DNA of 64,000 nucleotides. Source: an uncultured Hormoscilla sp. GTDB taxonomy: Bacteria > Cyanobacteriota > Cyanobacteriia > Cyanobacteriales > Desertifilaceae. Both the position numbers and the translations under genes were made by a program. The stretch is from NCBI GenBank assembly GCA_963921275.4, contig OZ001293.3, positions 4,640,001 through 4,704,000 on the forward strand, in the 5' to 3' direction. Shown here piece by piece: positions 22,850 to 35,179 of the stretch; positions within the stretch are counted from its first letter, which is position 1, and each line of letters starts with the position of its first letter. The notes beneath the pieces were generated by a model. It did no database searches. It worked only from the letters and a program-made list of their open reading frames with translations, and had not been told where the DNA came from.

Positions 22850-23608
22850 TTACATTTTATCCAGTTCCCGACGCAGCTGCGACAACTCATCAGCATCATC
22901 GCTGGGGGAGGATGACGCCTCAGCAGCTAGCAGCTGTCCTGAGGATAGGGAAGGGCTGCCTATCTGAGCTTTCATCTGAGCCAATTCCTCATCGACATCG
23001 CTGCCTCCGAGAGCGGCAAATTTGCTCTCCAGCTGAGAGCCAGCTAGTTCCCCTGTCGCCCCAGCACGAGCTTCTATTTGCAAGACCTTTTCTTCCATGC
23101 GATCGAAGGCAGCTGCGGCGCTGGACGTGCCGATCTTACCCACCGTTTCTTGCAGTTGCTCTTGAGCCTTGGCAGCTTGCAGCCGGGCTTTGAGCATGTC
23201 TTTTTTGGTCTTGGCTTCCGATATCTTAGCTTCTAGGGCCAGCAGGTTGCGCTTGAGATTGTCTACATGCTGATTTTGTTGTTTCAACTGCCCTTTGAGG
23301 GTAGTGGCTGTCTCTACATGAGTCTTTTTGCGTTGCAGCGCTTCCCGAGCCAGATTTTCATCACCTTTTTGTAGAGCTAGCTGAGCCCGCTGATGCCAGG
23401 TGTTGACTTGCTCTTGAGCCTGCGAGTATTGTTGCCCAAAGCGTTTTTGGCTGGCGATCGCACTGGCCACGGCCTGACGCAGCTGCACTAGCTCTTCCTG
23501 CATTTCCAGTAGAGACTGTTCTAGCAACTTTTCGGGATCTTCAGCTTTGCTGACCAGATCGTTGATATTTGCCTTGATTACTCGGCTAAGGCGGTCGAAT
23601 AATCCCAT
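22850..23608 (-). CDS. vipp1: Vipp1/IM30 (PspA family)
   Basis: MGLFDRLSRVIKANINDLVSKAEDPEK..., with a C-terminal linker and helix (ELSQLRRELDKM). Confidence 0.9.
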   Translation of the reverse strand: MGLFDRLSRVIKANINDLVSKAEDPEKLLEQSLLEMQEELVQLRQAVASAIASQKRFGQQYSQAQEQVNTWHQRAQLALQKGDENLAREALQRKKTHVETATTLKGQLKQQNQHVDNLKRNLLALEAKISEAKTKKDMLKARLQAAKAQEQLQETVGKIGTSSAAAAFDRMEEKVLQIEARAGATGELAGSQLESKFAALGGSDVDEELAQMKAQIGSPSLSSGQLLAAEASSSPSDDADELSQLRRELDKM

Positions 23609-23799
23609 AGTTCTGTTTTTCCTTTCGGTTGTAGTATAAATTATCAGCTTGGCTTGAGCATAGGGAGGCCCGATTTTTCCGGAACGGTGCGCCCCGCCTG
23701 CTATGTGAAATCAGATTGATATCTCTGCTTTATTCTTAGCACATTAGGAAGGTTCAGCACCTGAGATTGATTGTCCACTTGCTATTTTCTCCCTCTCAG

Positions 23800-24457
23800 C
23801 GGGTTCCGTCCATGCCCAACACTTGAGCTTTCAGGGACATTCCCGGTCTACATCACTACTGGCTCCCAGGGCAGTTCCCATACCCGTCCTTAGTTCGGCC
23901 CTAGCTTCCGACTGGTGGACTTGCTCTTCCATCCGTTCCCAGAGCGACCTGGAAGCACTAGAATTAAGATTGCCCATGATTTCATGGATTTGCAAAGAGG
24001 CTTTGGCAGAGCGAGCCCGGGCAATATACAAATCCTTTTTGGCTTGCACCCGATCGCGCTGCGTGGCGCAGCCATGCAATTTTCTGTTCCAAGGCTTGCA
24101 AGCCCTGCCTCAGCTTACCGACTACTGTAGTTTGCTCTCCCATTTGCTGGCCCAGCGCCCGTGCTGTTTCACTGTAGGGTTGCCATCGCGCCCAAGCTTG
24201 ACGAGCAAGCATTTCATCCCCTTGCACTAGGGCTGCCTGGGCCCTCACACGGTCAGCAGTAGTTTCCCCTTGCAAGCATTTTCTTTCTACACCCTTTTGG
24301 GTGGCGATCGCCTGAGCCACGGCCTGCCGCAGAAGAATCAAAAATTTTTGCATATTCATCACCATCTGGGACAGTACCTTTCTGGTTCTTGGGCCTCTGC
24401 CACCAGACCATTAAAATTGGCACTTATCCCTCGCCAGATGCAGTCAATCAATCCCAT
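23800..24457 (-). pseudogene. pspA: PspA paralogue, frameshifted
   Basis: MGLID.IWRGISANFNGLV..AQEPEKVL, LRQAVAQAIATQK, KKDLYIARARSAKAS in different frames; short-repeat insertion at about 24051-24075. Confidence 0.8.
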
Positions 24458-24599
24458 CGCACTGAGTCCTAGATCGCCACCATTCTATTGTACCTCGCGA
24501 CCTGATGTCCTAGAACGCCGGTACTAATAACCAGATTTCTCTCGTCAGAGTATTGATATTTCCTCCCTTCCCGCCCCGCACTCTTATTCCCGATTTCAC

Positions 24600-25690
24600 C
24601 CTTGCCACTTGACCGATGTCCTAGGTCGGTGTTAATAGGGAAAGTTGTATATCTGGGCAGAAATTCCCGGTCAGCGAGAGCACCAACCAGTGATTTAGCC
24701 CTTAACTCCTCCCGAAAGACACCCAACTGAATTTTCCTTCCTTAAGGAAAGTCTTGCACCGTCACATCGGGAATAACTTTTCCGATCCGCTCTAGGCTGT
24801 CCAGTCCCCCTAGGTCCATCACCACATAATAGTATAGCAAAGAAGCAGCATCCCGACCTGGGACTCTTGGCATCGGTATTACCACCGGAATCTCCACTGA
24901 TGGTTGTAGTGTTGCCGGATTATTTTTGGGCAGCAGTAGTTCTACCGGTGAGGAAACTGGTTTCCCACTAGTCCCAGATCTAGTCAGCAATGCACTAAGG
25001 CAGTCCAAACTCAAACCTACCGCCTTAAGTAGTTTTGATAGCTTGTTTGGGGTTGCACTGGACCAGTTTCAGGTTATCATCCCTCAGATGACCGACGAGG
25101 GAAGAGTGCATCCCCACAAACCACAGGGTTCCGCCAGTCATCAACAGTAGCAGCATAGAGCCAATACCCAAAGTAATCAGCAACTTGCTTCTCTATGAAT
25201 TCTCAGGGTTTGTCGAATTCTCTTCCAGCAACACCGTTCCATCTGCTGTAGATGCCAGACCCTTGATTAGTTCTGCGGAAGATTCTAGATAGTCATCTGG
25301 TACTGTCTCTAGTTCCGCGATCGCCTCATCTTCGTCCAGTGTCGAACCTGCTGCCGATGTGAGGGCGATACTAGCGCCACCTCCGGGCAGTTTCCCTAAG
25401 GAACAGCTTCGCATCTGGCCTCCCCCTGGCCTATTGCGATCCTCGGTAGATGTTGCCGTTGGCAGCCTGGGGTTCTGTAAAGCTGGCGATCGAGCCATGA
25501 CTGCGATCGCTTCGGGGGCTTTGCCATTTTTGTAACTAGCAGTCAGGCTGTGTGCTAGGGGTGGTTCTCCTGCTTTGTAGCGTCGGTATCGTTTTAATTC
25601 TGCTTTCAGGTTAACATCTAAACTCCTCAGAGCACCCTGTAGTACTGGATGCAAGGTGGGAGTTGATAGCCCCAAGACCCCTTTACTCAT
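24600..25690 (-). pseudogene. Conserved cyanobacterial hypothetical gene upstream of pspA, fragmented
   Basis: LHPVLQGALRSLDV.L..EL.RYRR and PDDYLESS.EL motifs, then stop and frameshifts; YYYVV motif downstream. Confidence 0.55.
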
Positions 25691-26215
25691 AGTCCAACAC
25701 CTCTAGTTATGTTTATGAGTTTCCCTACTGACGGCTCTTTTCGACTTTCACCACAGGAGCACCATAACCTCCTGCTGCCGACATTTTACTTTTTTACCGA
25801 CTGATAGTCAATTACTGGGTTGTTAGTTGCCAGTTGTCAATTGCCAGTATACCCTATAGCAGGGGATTACCTCTGAAGGCAAAATCCTTTCCGAACTTAT
25901 CTGGATCTGCTCCCTTCCACCCTGTTTTCAAACCCAACAACCCATACCCCTCTTTGGCCTTTTTCTCCATCCCTGGCAGTTTTAGCATCAAGTAATCTCC
26001 CTGCTTAGCAATGGCATGAGCACTTGCGATCCTCAATGTTTTTAAATATAACAGAAATATAAGGAAATTCTAAAGATTCTGATTTACTCCGGGATCCCTA
26101 GAACCTAGACAGGATAATCGTTAGCTCCCTTGCTGGAGATCGGAGCAGAGATCAAGAGCACGGCAAAATTGTAGAAGAAAGGAAAAGAAAAAATTATCAC
26201 CGAGAGGACGTTCAG

Positions 26216-26542
26216 ATGAAAACCAACAATTTTCCAGCATTAATCTGCCAGCATTGTCGTTATTGTCGTCATTTCGTGCCAGAGGGACGTCGAGGCGGCA
26301 ACTGCGAGCAGCTCGGGGTGCTGGTTCGTGGAGGCTGGAAGGCCTGTTCTTTAGCGATCCCCGCCTTCGCACCTTCCTGGGAAGTTATTGAGAGGATAGA
26401 AATGTGCCAGGGAGAAACCCTGATGAGGGTCTCGGAGATAGGGTCGGAGACGAGTTGGCCTGAGATTGCTACTGTTGGCGCTCCTACTGAAAATAGGATA
26501 TCCCAGGGTGAAGTCCTCGCAGAAGAACTGGCAGTAGCCTAG
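26216..26542 (+). CDS. Conserved cyanobacterial Cys-rich hypothetical protein
   Basis: CRYCRHFVPEGRRGGNCEQLGVLVRGGWKACSLAIPAFAPSW. Confidence 0.75.
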   Translation: MKTNNFPALICQHCRYCRHFVPEGRRGGNCEQLGVLVRGGWKACSLAIPAFAPSWEVIERIEMCQGETLMRVSEIGSETSWPEIATVGAPTENRISQGEVLAEELAVA

Positions 26543-26674
26543 ACATTGGACAAAAATCCGTTGAAAGAAAACTATAAAATCAGAAAGTTAATTTTACTAT
26601 CAGGGAGTTAGCGATCGCACCTTTGTTTATCGGAGGTGCGATTTTTTCAGAGGAGGGAGAGGGTCGAAAGCAGT

Positions 26675-27508
26675 TCAGGGCAACCAGGGATATTGGCGAA
26701 AATCTGGTTGACGTTTTTCCAGAAAGGCCTGCTTGCCTTCGGCTCCTTCCGCAGTCATATAATAGAGTAAGGTGGCATTGCCTGCCAGTTCTTGCAGTCC
26801 AGCTTGACCGTCACAGTCGGCGTTAAAGGCAGCTTTTAAGCAGCGAATAGCGATCGGGCTTTTCTCTAAAATCTCGTTAGCCCACTGGATACCTTCTGCT
26901 TCCAACCGTGCTACTGGCACGACACAGTTGACTAAACCCATGTCTAGGGCCTGCTGGGCATTGTATTGGCGGCAGAGAAACCAAATTTCCCGGGCTTTTT
27001 TTTGACCGACAATGCGGGCTAGGTAGCTGGCACCGAAACCGCCGTCAAAACTGCCGACTTTGGGACCAGCTTGACCAAAGATAGCGTTGTCGGCGGCGAT
27101 AGTCAGGTCGCAAATCAGGTGCAGGACATGCCCCCCCCCGATGGCGTAGCCAGCTACCAGGGCGACGATCACCTTGGGCATGGAACGGATCAGACGTTGC
27201 AGATCTAGGACATTGAGGCGGGGTACCCCAGCATCATCTAGATAGCCAGCTTGGCCTCGGACAGTTTGATCGCCACCAGCACAGAAAGCATACTTACCAT
27301 CGGTGTAGGGGCCTGCGCCAGTCAGGAGGACGACGCCGATGTTACTGTCCTCCCTGGCGTCGCCAAAGGCGTCGTAAAGTTCAAATACTGTTTGGGGCCG
27401 GAAGGCATTGCGCTTGTGGGGACGGTTAATGGTGACTTTGGCAATGCCATCGGTTTTGTGATAGAGTATGTCTTCGTAGGTTTTAGCTGTTTCCCAGTTG
27501 GTTTGCAT
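26675..27508 (-). CDS. menB: 1,4-dihydroxy-2-naphthoyl-CoA synthase
   Basis: [40 protein letters not shown]. Confidence 0.97.
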   Translation of the reverse strand: MQTNWETAKTYEDILYHKTDGIAKVTINRPHKRNAFRPQTVFELYDAFGDAREDSNIGVVLLTGAGPYTDGKYAFCAGGDQTVRGQAGYLDDAGVPRLNVLDLQRLIRSMPKVIVALVAGYAIGGGHVLHLICDLTIAADNAIFGQAGPKVGSFDGGFGASYLARIVGQKKAREIWFLCRQYNAQQALDMGLVNCVVPVARLEAEGIQWANEILEKSPIAIRCLKAAFNADCDGQAGLQELAGNATLLYYMTAEGAEGKQAFLEKRQPDFRQYPWLP

Positions 27509-27549
27509 ACAGAGCTCGTTCGCGACTCACTCAGATATTTTAACCTGTC

Positions 27550-27683
27550 GGGAATGGGTGTGGTCAAAAGTAATTGATAGAGTAGAGGAGAAAAGCTGTC
27601 CCCTTGGGTCAATTATGATAATCATTATCATTCTCTTTTACCAAGGAGAACTTTGGTTCACAATCCATGCATGTAAGCAGGTG
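27550..27683. repeat. 134-bp repeat copy B with Fur box (27615-27631), just upstream of menB
   Basis: Reverse complement of 20497-20630. Confidence 0.9.
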
Positions 27684-28296
27684 GGCGTAAATCAACTGGC
27701 CTCTGTTAAGAAATGTCTTATCGCGTCCATCTACTTCTGGAAGAGGCTTGAGCGCCAACTTAACAAAACTTTACTGCCGTTGAGTTGACTTATGGACACC
27801 TACTTATCAATAGTATATAATGTGATCTTGTGGAATTTTTTTGTAATATCCGTACAAGCATTCTGGGCAATTTATAACCTATAAGTTGCTAGGGCCTGCA
27901 CGTGGCGAATGCGCTCGTGGGGCTCCGGACGACTGCATGGCGACTACCCCTTGAGCTGCACTGGCCCTTACTGCGCTGGGATCTTCTGTACTCTTAAATA
28001 ATCACACTCTAGCAGCATATTTCAAGCGAAGTCGTAGTCTTGAAGCAGTCAAACTTCTTAACAGGAAGGTATGGTTATTACTACCCTGGTATTTTTGCTC
28101 GGAGGGTCTCAAGTTGCTAAAAATCCGACCACCGATTATTAGCTTGTAGAATAAGTAGCCCTAACATCGGATTAATATTATCAGGATGCCAAGTCGCCGG
28201 GAATCTTTAACCTTTTTTGGGGTATATAGCGATGAGCACTTTCAATTTCTCCTGAACCGATGGGTAAACCTAAGGAGAGCAACCAGTGATAAGGCT

Positions 28297-29500
28297 CTGG
28301 GGGGGCGACATGCCTGCTGAAAGCCTTACAGGATAAGGGATTGAGACAAACTTGACATCAAAAGATGTACCTGCTATCATAGTCAAGTCCATCATAGATG
28401 AAAATTATGAAATTATTACCTGAATTATACCAAGAGCACCTCAAAAAACACTTCACAGGCTCTCAATATTACCTGCATGATAATTTTAATTTCTCTGCTC
28501 GCCGAGCATCGTTGGATACGATTGGAAGAACTTGCCAATTTATTTCCGCAGCCAATTAAATTTGAAAGTCGCCGTAAAAAGCTTCAAGGGTTTATTTCAT
28601 TGCCTTCTTTGAAGATAGAAACTGTCTGGTTTCCAATTTTGATTAAATGGCTACAGTTATTTTTAGTTAATAAAGATGTTGTTGAAGTCATCATTTATCG
28701 GACGAGGGCTGTATAAATTTATTAATGGTGAGCTTTCATTATAATAATCGAGCAATCCCAATTTACTTTGAGATATTGAACAAGAAGGAAGTAGTAATTT
28801 ATCAGAGCAAAAACAAGTAATCTCTAAAATTTTAGATTTACTTAGTAACTATAAAGTAGTGGTGAGACCGAGAGTTTTGTAATGTTGACTTGGCTTCTTG
28901 GCTCAACAGTCGGGTACTTCGCACTCCGCTTGAAAAAGAACGAATATATCTCGATAGAAGCCTCGGTAAAAACTACAAGATTTAGGATTAGCTCCGGGAA
29001 TGTCCTTATATTTTAAGGGAGTAAAAGTTACCAAAACTAAAGGATTTCAAGGGCTAACGGCAAATGGAAAAGAAAATATCGAGGATGGCAGCCTGAAGAA
29101 GGCTGGTTTATTCTCAGTAACTTGGGGAGTTTAGAGTTAGCATCTACTTGCCTATGAAAAAGGCTTTGGAATCGAATAAATATTTAGAGACGAGCGCTTA
29201 ATGGTTTTGATTCTCTTAATTACTCTTGCTTACAGTAGCGCAATTATCATGGGAGAACAAATTAATTCATCTGGTGTTGCTTGTTACGTTGGTCGCGTAA
29301 AAGAAGCAAAACGAAAGACGACACAGCACATTTTATATAGGTTCCAGAGGCAATGATTGGCTTGAATCGGTAGATTTTTATGCCGATATTGTAGATGAAT
29401 TAATGAAGTTAAGTCTAGAAAAGAAGCTTGATTATGCACGAGGCCAGAAGGCTGTAAGCCTTATCAGGTCTGCATCCTAGCCTTCATGTCGCCCCCCCAG
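28297..29500 (+). mobile_element. IS4-family element, decayed transposase
   Basis: IRs CTGGGGGGGCGACATG / CATGTCGCCCCCCCAG with 9-bp duplication GATAAGGCT. Fragments LPELYQEHL, PIKFESRRKKLQ, KWKRKYRG..PEEGWFILSNL. Confidence 0.85.
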
Positions 29501-29612
29501 GATAAGGCTACCAACTTAAGCCGGGACAGTCAGTCTGGGTAAGGGATTGAACAATTGTGCTTTTGATGACTGTCGTGGCACTGGGATATCACCCATATGG
29601 TCTACAACCCAC

Positions 29613-30584
29613 TCACATAAGTTTACTCAAGTTGCTACCTAAAAAAATTGAATACAAAAAGCGATGATAAAAAGCATCAGCTCCCACTGACAACTGACCG
29701 CTAACCACTAACAAAATACAAATAAAGAGTGATTGTAATAAGGATCGCCAAGCAAATTGGGGTAGAGCCAACATGCGCCGCCAGCGACTTGGTTCGGTGT
29801 AAAGTCGGTAAACCCATTCTAGATGGCGATCGCGTAACCAGATTGGCGCTCTTTGTTTGCGACCTGCCCAGATATCTAAACTACCGCCAACTCCAATCCA
29901 AATCCCTTGCGGACATAAATAGCGATGTTTAGCAATCCAAATTTCTTGGCGCGGTACGCCTAAACCTACGTAAATCAGGCGAGGTTGTTGCTGTTGGAGG
30001 GTAAGTCGTAATTTCTGTTCCTCTGCCGGTGAAAGATAACCGTGCTCAGTACCGGCGATCGCCAATTCAGGCAGCCGCCGCTGCCACATTGCAGCTGCGG
30101 CGGCAGCTACCCCAGGTACGCCCCCATAGAAAAAAACCGACCAGGGGCTCGCGTCGGCATCTTGTTTACCACATGCTACAGATTGGTGCAACAGGGACTC
30201 GGCTAATTCAATTCCCGGACAACGCCGAGCATATTTCCCCTGAAGCAGCAAATAGAGTATAATGCCAGAACCATCGGGAATCACTAAATTCGCTTGCTCG
30301 ACGATCTTGGCTAAAGCCGGATTACGTTCTGCCTGTATGGTCATTTCTGCATTCAATGTCACCACATGAGCGCCAATGTTGTGGCGCATATAGGATACTA
30401 ACCAACTTGAATAGTCTGCCAACAAGTGCACTGGCAGACCGAAAACCGAAACTTTTTGGGGAATCTCACACATAACCCAGTTGTTACACAACCTCACACT
30501 GTCCTCTATTGTCACCGAGTCAGGTTGATTGTTCATCGTTAATCGTTGATTGGAATTAGCCTTTGGCACCACCAGATGTTTCAA
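29613..30584 (-). CDS. WecB/TagA/CpsF glycosyltransferase
   Basis: HVVTLNAE, IPDGSG, VGLGVPRQE, GVGGSLD.WAG..RAP, LEWVYRL; true start and 3' end uncertain. Confidence 0.88.
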   Translation of the reverse strand: MKHLVVPKANSNQRLTMNNQPDSVTIEDSVRLCNNWVMCEIPQKVSVFGLPVHLLADYSSWLVSYMRHNIGAHVVTLNAEMTIQAERNPALAKIVEQANLVIPDGSGIILYLLLQGKYARRCPGIELAESLLHQSVACGKQDADASPWSVFFYGGVPGVAAAAAAMWQRRLPELAIAGTEHGYLSPAEEQKLRLTLQQQQPRLIYVGLGVPRQEIWIAKHRYLCPQGIWIGVGGSLDIWAGRKQRAPIWLRDRHLEWVYRLYTEPSRWRRMLALPQFAWRSLLQSLFICILLVVSGQLSVGADAFYHRFLYSIFLGSNLSKLM

Positions 30585-31039
30585 ACCACCCGTTGATGTC
30601 TCCTAGGTAGTGCGAGTTCGGTGTCCCCCGAGCAGTGCAAGTAGCGCTCCCGAGGGACACCGAAAGCTCCCAGGAGACATCAAAGCCGTTTAGCCCTCTG
30701 GTATGCTGCTGTGACAGCGGTGTTGTTGCTGCTATTTACTACAGGTGTTTACTTATACGGTCCGGATCTCATTGAGCGGATTGACGAGCATAGACTAGAT
30801 AGCAAAAATATTAAGTATTGTTAAACTCGGTTGACAAAACCCATGATGGGTTTGTTACAATCAAAACCGTCAAGGAAGACCTCGGGCTTCTTAGACCTGT
30901 TACCTTACCGGTCGCGGTGACCGGCTATCTCTGATTGGCGAGACTCAAAAAAATGAGAATTTCCCCTCCTTCTGTTTGACATTGGCAAAAGTTGTGCTAA
31001 ATTAGTTGAAGATGACTCTTCGGAGTAAATGCAACCAAT

Positions 31040-31110
31040 GCGGGTATAGTTTAGTGGTAAAATCATAGCCTTCCAAGCTATTGATGCGGGTTCGATTCCC
31101 GCTACCCGCT
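31040..31110 (+). tRNA. trnG: tRNA-Gly (TCC)
   Basis: GCGGGTA/TACCCGC acceptor stem, TCC anticodon loop, GGTTCGATTCC T-arm. Confidence 0.95.
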
Positions 31111-31455
31111 TTTCCAATAGTAAACGGCTCGCTGGATGATCCAGTAGGGCGGCTCTTTTTTGAGCGCGATGCTGTGTCTCCTGTCCAGGGGAGCGCTCGC
31201 CCTTATAAATAGTATAATCGGTGATTGGCTAGATTGTGGGGCTCAACAACAAAATAAGTTAAAAAATTATTTTCAAACAGAAGGGCGTTGCTGTGAGGAG
31301 TAAAAGCTGTGATAGACAAAATGATTAATTCAGGCGATCGAACAAATCCCCTGCTACCTTGGACTCCACTGGTCGAGGATCCGTTGGCCCCTGAAAAATA
31401 TGACGGTCGGCCAGGGGGGCAAGCATGGAATTAAATCGCATCACCAGCAGAGAAG

Positions 31456-34400
31456 ATGACTGTTGTCCGATGGCGCTGCGCGCGCAGCGCCATCTTACCT
31501 GAAACAACAGAACCAGAACTGACACTGACTGCAGAAAGGGCGATCGATCTCTGGACTGGTGTACGAGACGACTCGGAGACAGGGGTAGCCGTGTCGCCGC
31601 AACTACTTACCTCACCGACCACCGTTCCGGAAAAATCGGAAATTGTCTTTATTGATGGGGCGGTTTATGACCTTGCTCACCTGGTCGCCAGTGTATCCCC
31701 AGGGGCGGAGGTGGTAGTCCTAGACAGGAACAGAGATGGGGTGAAGCAAATCACTCAAGTGCTAGCGAGACGGACTAGAATCAAGAGCGTCCATATCGTC
31801 TCATTCGGCGAACCGGGAAGTTTGCAGCTGGGCAAGGCAAAGCTGAATTCCCAAACATTGCCAACCTATGCTGGCACCCTGCAAACCTGGGGAAACGCTC
31901 TGACGCCCGATGCTGATATCCTCCTATACGGGTGTAATGCGGCAGCCGGTACTCAGGGGAAGGAGTTTGTTGAGCATCTGAAGAGACTAACAAGTGTTGA
32001 TATCGCCGCTTCCGATGACCTTACGGGTAATGCAAGTTTGGGCGGTGACTGGGAACTAGAGGTGCATGGGGGTAAAGTTGAGGCCGCACTGGCGTTTCAG
32101 CCCCAGGCAATTCAGACTTACGAGTATGTGTTTGATACTTTCCGCATCAACGATGTGACTGTGACGGAAGGGGACGGCGGTACTACTGACGCCGTTTTCA
32201 CGGTCACTTTGGCTGCCGCCCTGGAGGAGGCAGCCTCAGTAGAATTTGATACGGAAGATTTGTCCGCAGATGCAGGGGTAGATTACGAAAGCACGACAGG
32301 TACGCTGACTTTTGAGGCGGGTGAAACTACTCAAGAACTGATTGTGCCTGTAATTGGTAATATTCTATCCCAAGGCGATCGGGCTTTCTTAGTACAGTTG
32401 TCCAACTCTTCCGAAAATACCACGCTCGGGGATAATCAGGGTATCGGGGTAATTGCAGATGACGATCGGATGTCCTTGTCTGTGGAAAATACCCAGGCGA
32501 TCGAAGGAGAAGCTGCCATCTTTACGGTCAGGCTATCAACCGCTAGTGAAGAACCAGTGATAGTCGAGTATGCCACGGTAAGTGATACAGCAGTTGATGG
32601 GGAGCATTTTGAACCTACTAGCGGTGAGCTGACATTAGAGCCGGGAGAACTAGAGAAGACCGTTACGATCGAGACGATCGACAATGAAGAATTAAACCCA
32701 GACCGCGAGTTCCTGCTGGAACTAACCGCAGTCGAGGGTGCAACTATTGCCTCAGACAGGAAAACAGCGACAGCGACCATTGCAGATAACAATCTGTCAA
32801 TTTCTGGTAGCAAGTGGAATGACCTGAATAACAATCAAAAGCGCGATCGAGGAGAACCGGGGTTGGCGGGAGTCACAGTCTACCTGGATCTGAATGATAA
32901 TGGTCGCCTAGATGCTGGCGATCGCAGCACCACCACCAATGCTAACGGCGAGTACCTGTTTGACAACCTGACTGCAGGCGAATATTTGGTACGGGAAGTC
33001 GTCCTTGATGACTTTTTACAGAGTTTTCCCGTGGGCGAGGTCACGGAAACAGGGGTGATACTGGATGGGACAGGGATTCAATTTGGTGACATCTCCCTGA
33101 CTACAGGGGACAGTAACCTCACTACTGATGCTTATGGTGCTTTCGGTAGCGATGCAGAGGATAGCACTACTTTGGCCTCTGGGATAGCCCTCCGCATTGA
33201 GGAAGAAACCGAGGCGACATTCTTAACTACTGGAGAAATTGGCAATTCTGGCAATCTCTCAGATCCGGGCTTTACCGCATTCACCAACAGCAGCGCTACT
33301 AGCAGTTTCAATTTCAGTGATCTTGACTTTACCCTTAGCCAAACCTTCCGAGAAGTTGGCAACACTAGGGTTTTAACCCAAACCTATTTTATCTCTAATT
33401 CAGGCACCGCCAGGGTAGACTGGGAAATGTTCCGCTACTTCGATGATAATCTTCAGTTTGATAATAGCGCTGATAATGGCGGGGGCGCGCGCAGCGCTTT
33501 CGAGGGACAAGAAATTCTGTTTGAAACCGAGACTGCTGGTACTACACGAGACGACTCGGATTTTGTCGGTATTACTGCTACGGGCGGTAACAGGGACACC
33601 CCAGGACGCTATGAAGTCAATGACGCCTCAGATCTGGTAAATAACATTGTCGATTTTTCGCGCAGCGTAGCTTCCGGACTGGACGATATTGTAAATGGCG
33701 ATCGGGATAATGATGGATTTGTGGATGCCGAGGCGGGTTATGATATCAGTCTGGCCTTGAGAAATAGCTTTAGTCTTGACCCAGACGAATCAACAGTCTA
33801 TACTACTACCACCATCTTCGGATCGGGTGCGCTAGCAGATGTGGATGTGCAGTCAGGGGGATTTTACCGGCTGACCTTGAATGCGGAAGAACCAATTACA
33901 GCAGCTGATTTCGCCAATTTTCAGATTACCATACCGGAAATATCAGTGGAGAATGCTTCTGTCCAAGAGGGCGATCGGGACCCGGACAACCCGGATCGGC
34001 CAACTGCTAATCTAGAATTCACTGTGCTGCTGTCAGAACCTACTATAGTGCTTGTAACGGTGGATTATGAAACCGCAGACCAGTCGGCAACGGTTGGACG
34101 TGATTACCAATTGACTGCCGATACCCTGGTGTTTGCACCCGGGGAAACTGAGAAAACAGTCACCGTGCCCGTTTTGGGTGACGAAGAGGTGGAATCAGAA
34201 GAGACCCTGTTACTACTGCTGAGTGATGCTGCAGTCGGGATAATTATTGACAACGAGGCAACTGGGACGATCGCCAATGATGACCTACCCAGTTTGTCTA
34301 TTCCCAATATAGAGATGAGTGAGGGAGACAGGGGTGCTAATAATGCGGTCTTCCAGGTGCGTCTGTCAGCACAGGCGATCGATCCTGTAACCTTTAACTA

Positions 34401-35097
34401 TAGTACCCAGGATGGCACCGCAGTAGCTGGCAGCGATTACGAACGGACTACAGGAGTTTTGACTATTAATCCCGGTCAGATCCAAGGGACGATCGCGGTG
34501 CCTATTATTGGGGATATCTCCTTAGAACCAGATGATATCTTTTTTCTACAGCTGACCGATATTAACAATGGACAGCCGAATACTGTGGAAGTCCGAGGTA
34601 CGATTATCAATGATGACGACTCTCAGCGCCACGACCTCCCAGATGTGCCAACGTCTACGCCAGCGCCAGCGCCACCCTCTCTACCTGCTTTTGACGAGAG
34701 TTTCTATCTGGCCCAAAACCCTGATGTCGCCGCTGCAGTGGCTACCAATGCTTTTGCCAGTGGACTGGAACATTTTCTTCAGTTCGGACAATTCTAAGGT
34801 CGCAGTCCCAGCCAGAACTTCAATTTTGACGAAGCCTTTTATCTGGCCCAGTATCCCGATATTGCCACTGCCGTACTTGGTGGTATATTTTCTACTGGAC
34901 TGGAACATTATCTTCAGTTTGGACAATTTGAAGGTCGTCTGCCTAGCCCTAATTTTAATCTCGACTTCGATGAAGCCTTCTATCTCGCCCAAAACCCCGA
35001 TGTTGCGATCGCCGTAGAGGCTTCTGCTTTCAGAAGCGGGCGAGAACATTATCTTCTATTTGGCTTTTTGGAAGGGCGATCGGCTACTCCTAGTTAA
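31456..35097 (+). pseudogene. DUF4347 + Calx-beta + SdrD-B surface protein with late in-frame stop
   Basis: DUF4347 (EIVFID...LYGCN...GGDWELE), several Calx-beta repeats, GLAGVTVYLDLN, C-terminal FDE.FYLAQNPDVA repeats. TAA at 34795-34797 within QF[E]GR; the frame continues to 35097. Confidence 0.85.
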
Positions 35098-35179
35098 TGG
35101 TTCATGGTTAACATTCTTTATTAATCATCAACTATTAGTCGATCGCGGCAGCGCGGCGATCGTATAAAACATGACATAA

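Noticed and set aside
20568..27612. Two ORFs starting MTQGDSFSPLLYQLLLTTP as a gene family
   Set aside because: The shared N-terminus is just the 134-bp repeat read from a TTG; the sequences diverge at the repeat end
30905..31117. 70-aa ORF
   Set aside because: Antisense shadow of tRNA-Gly
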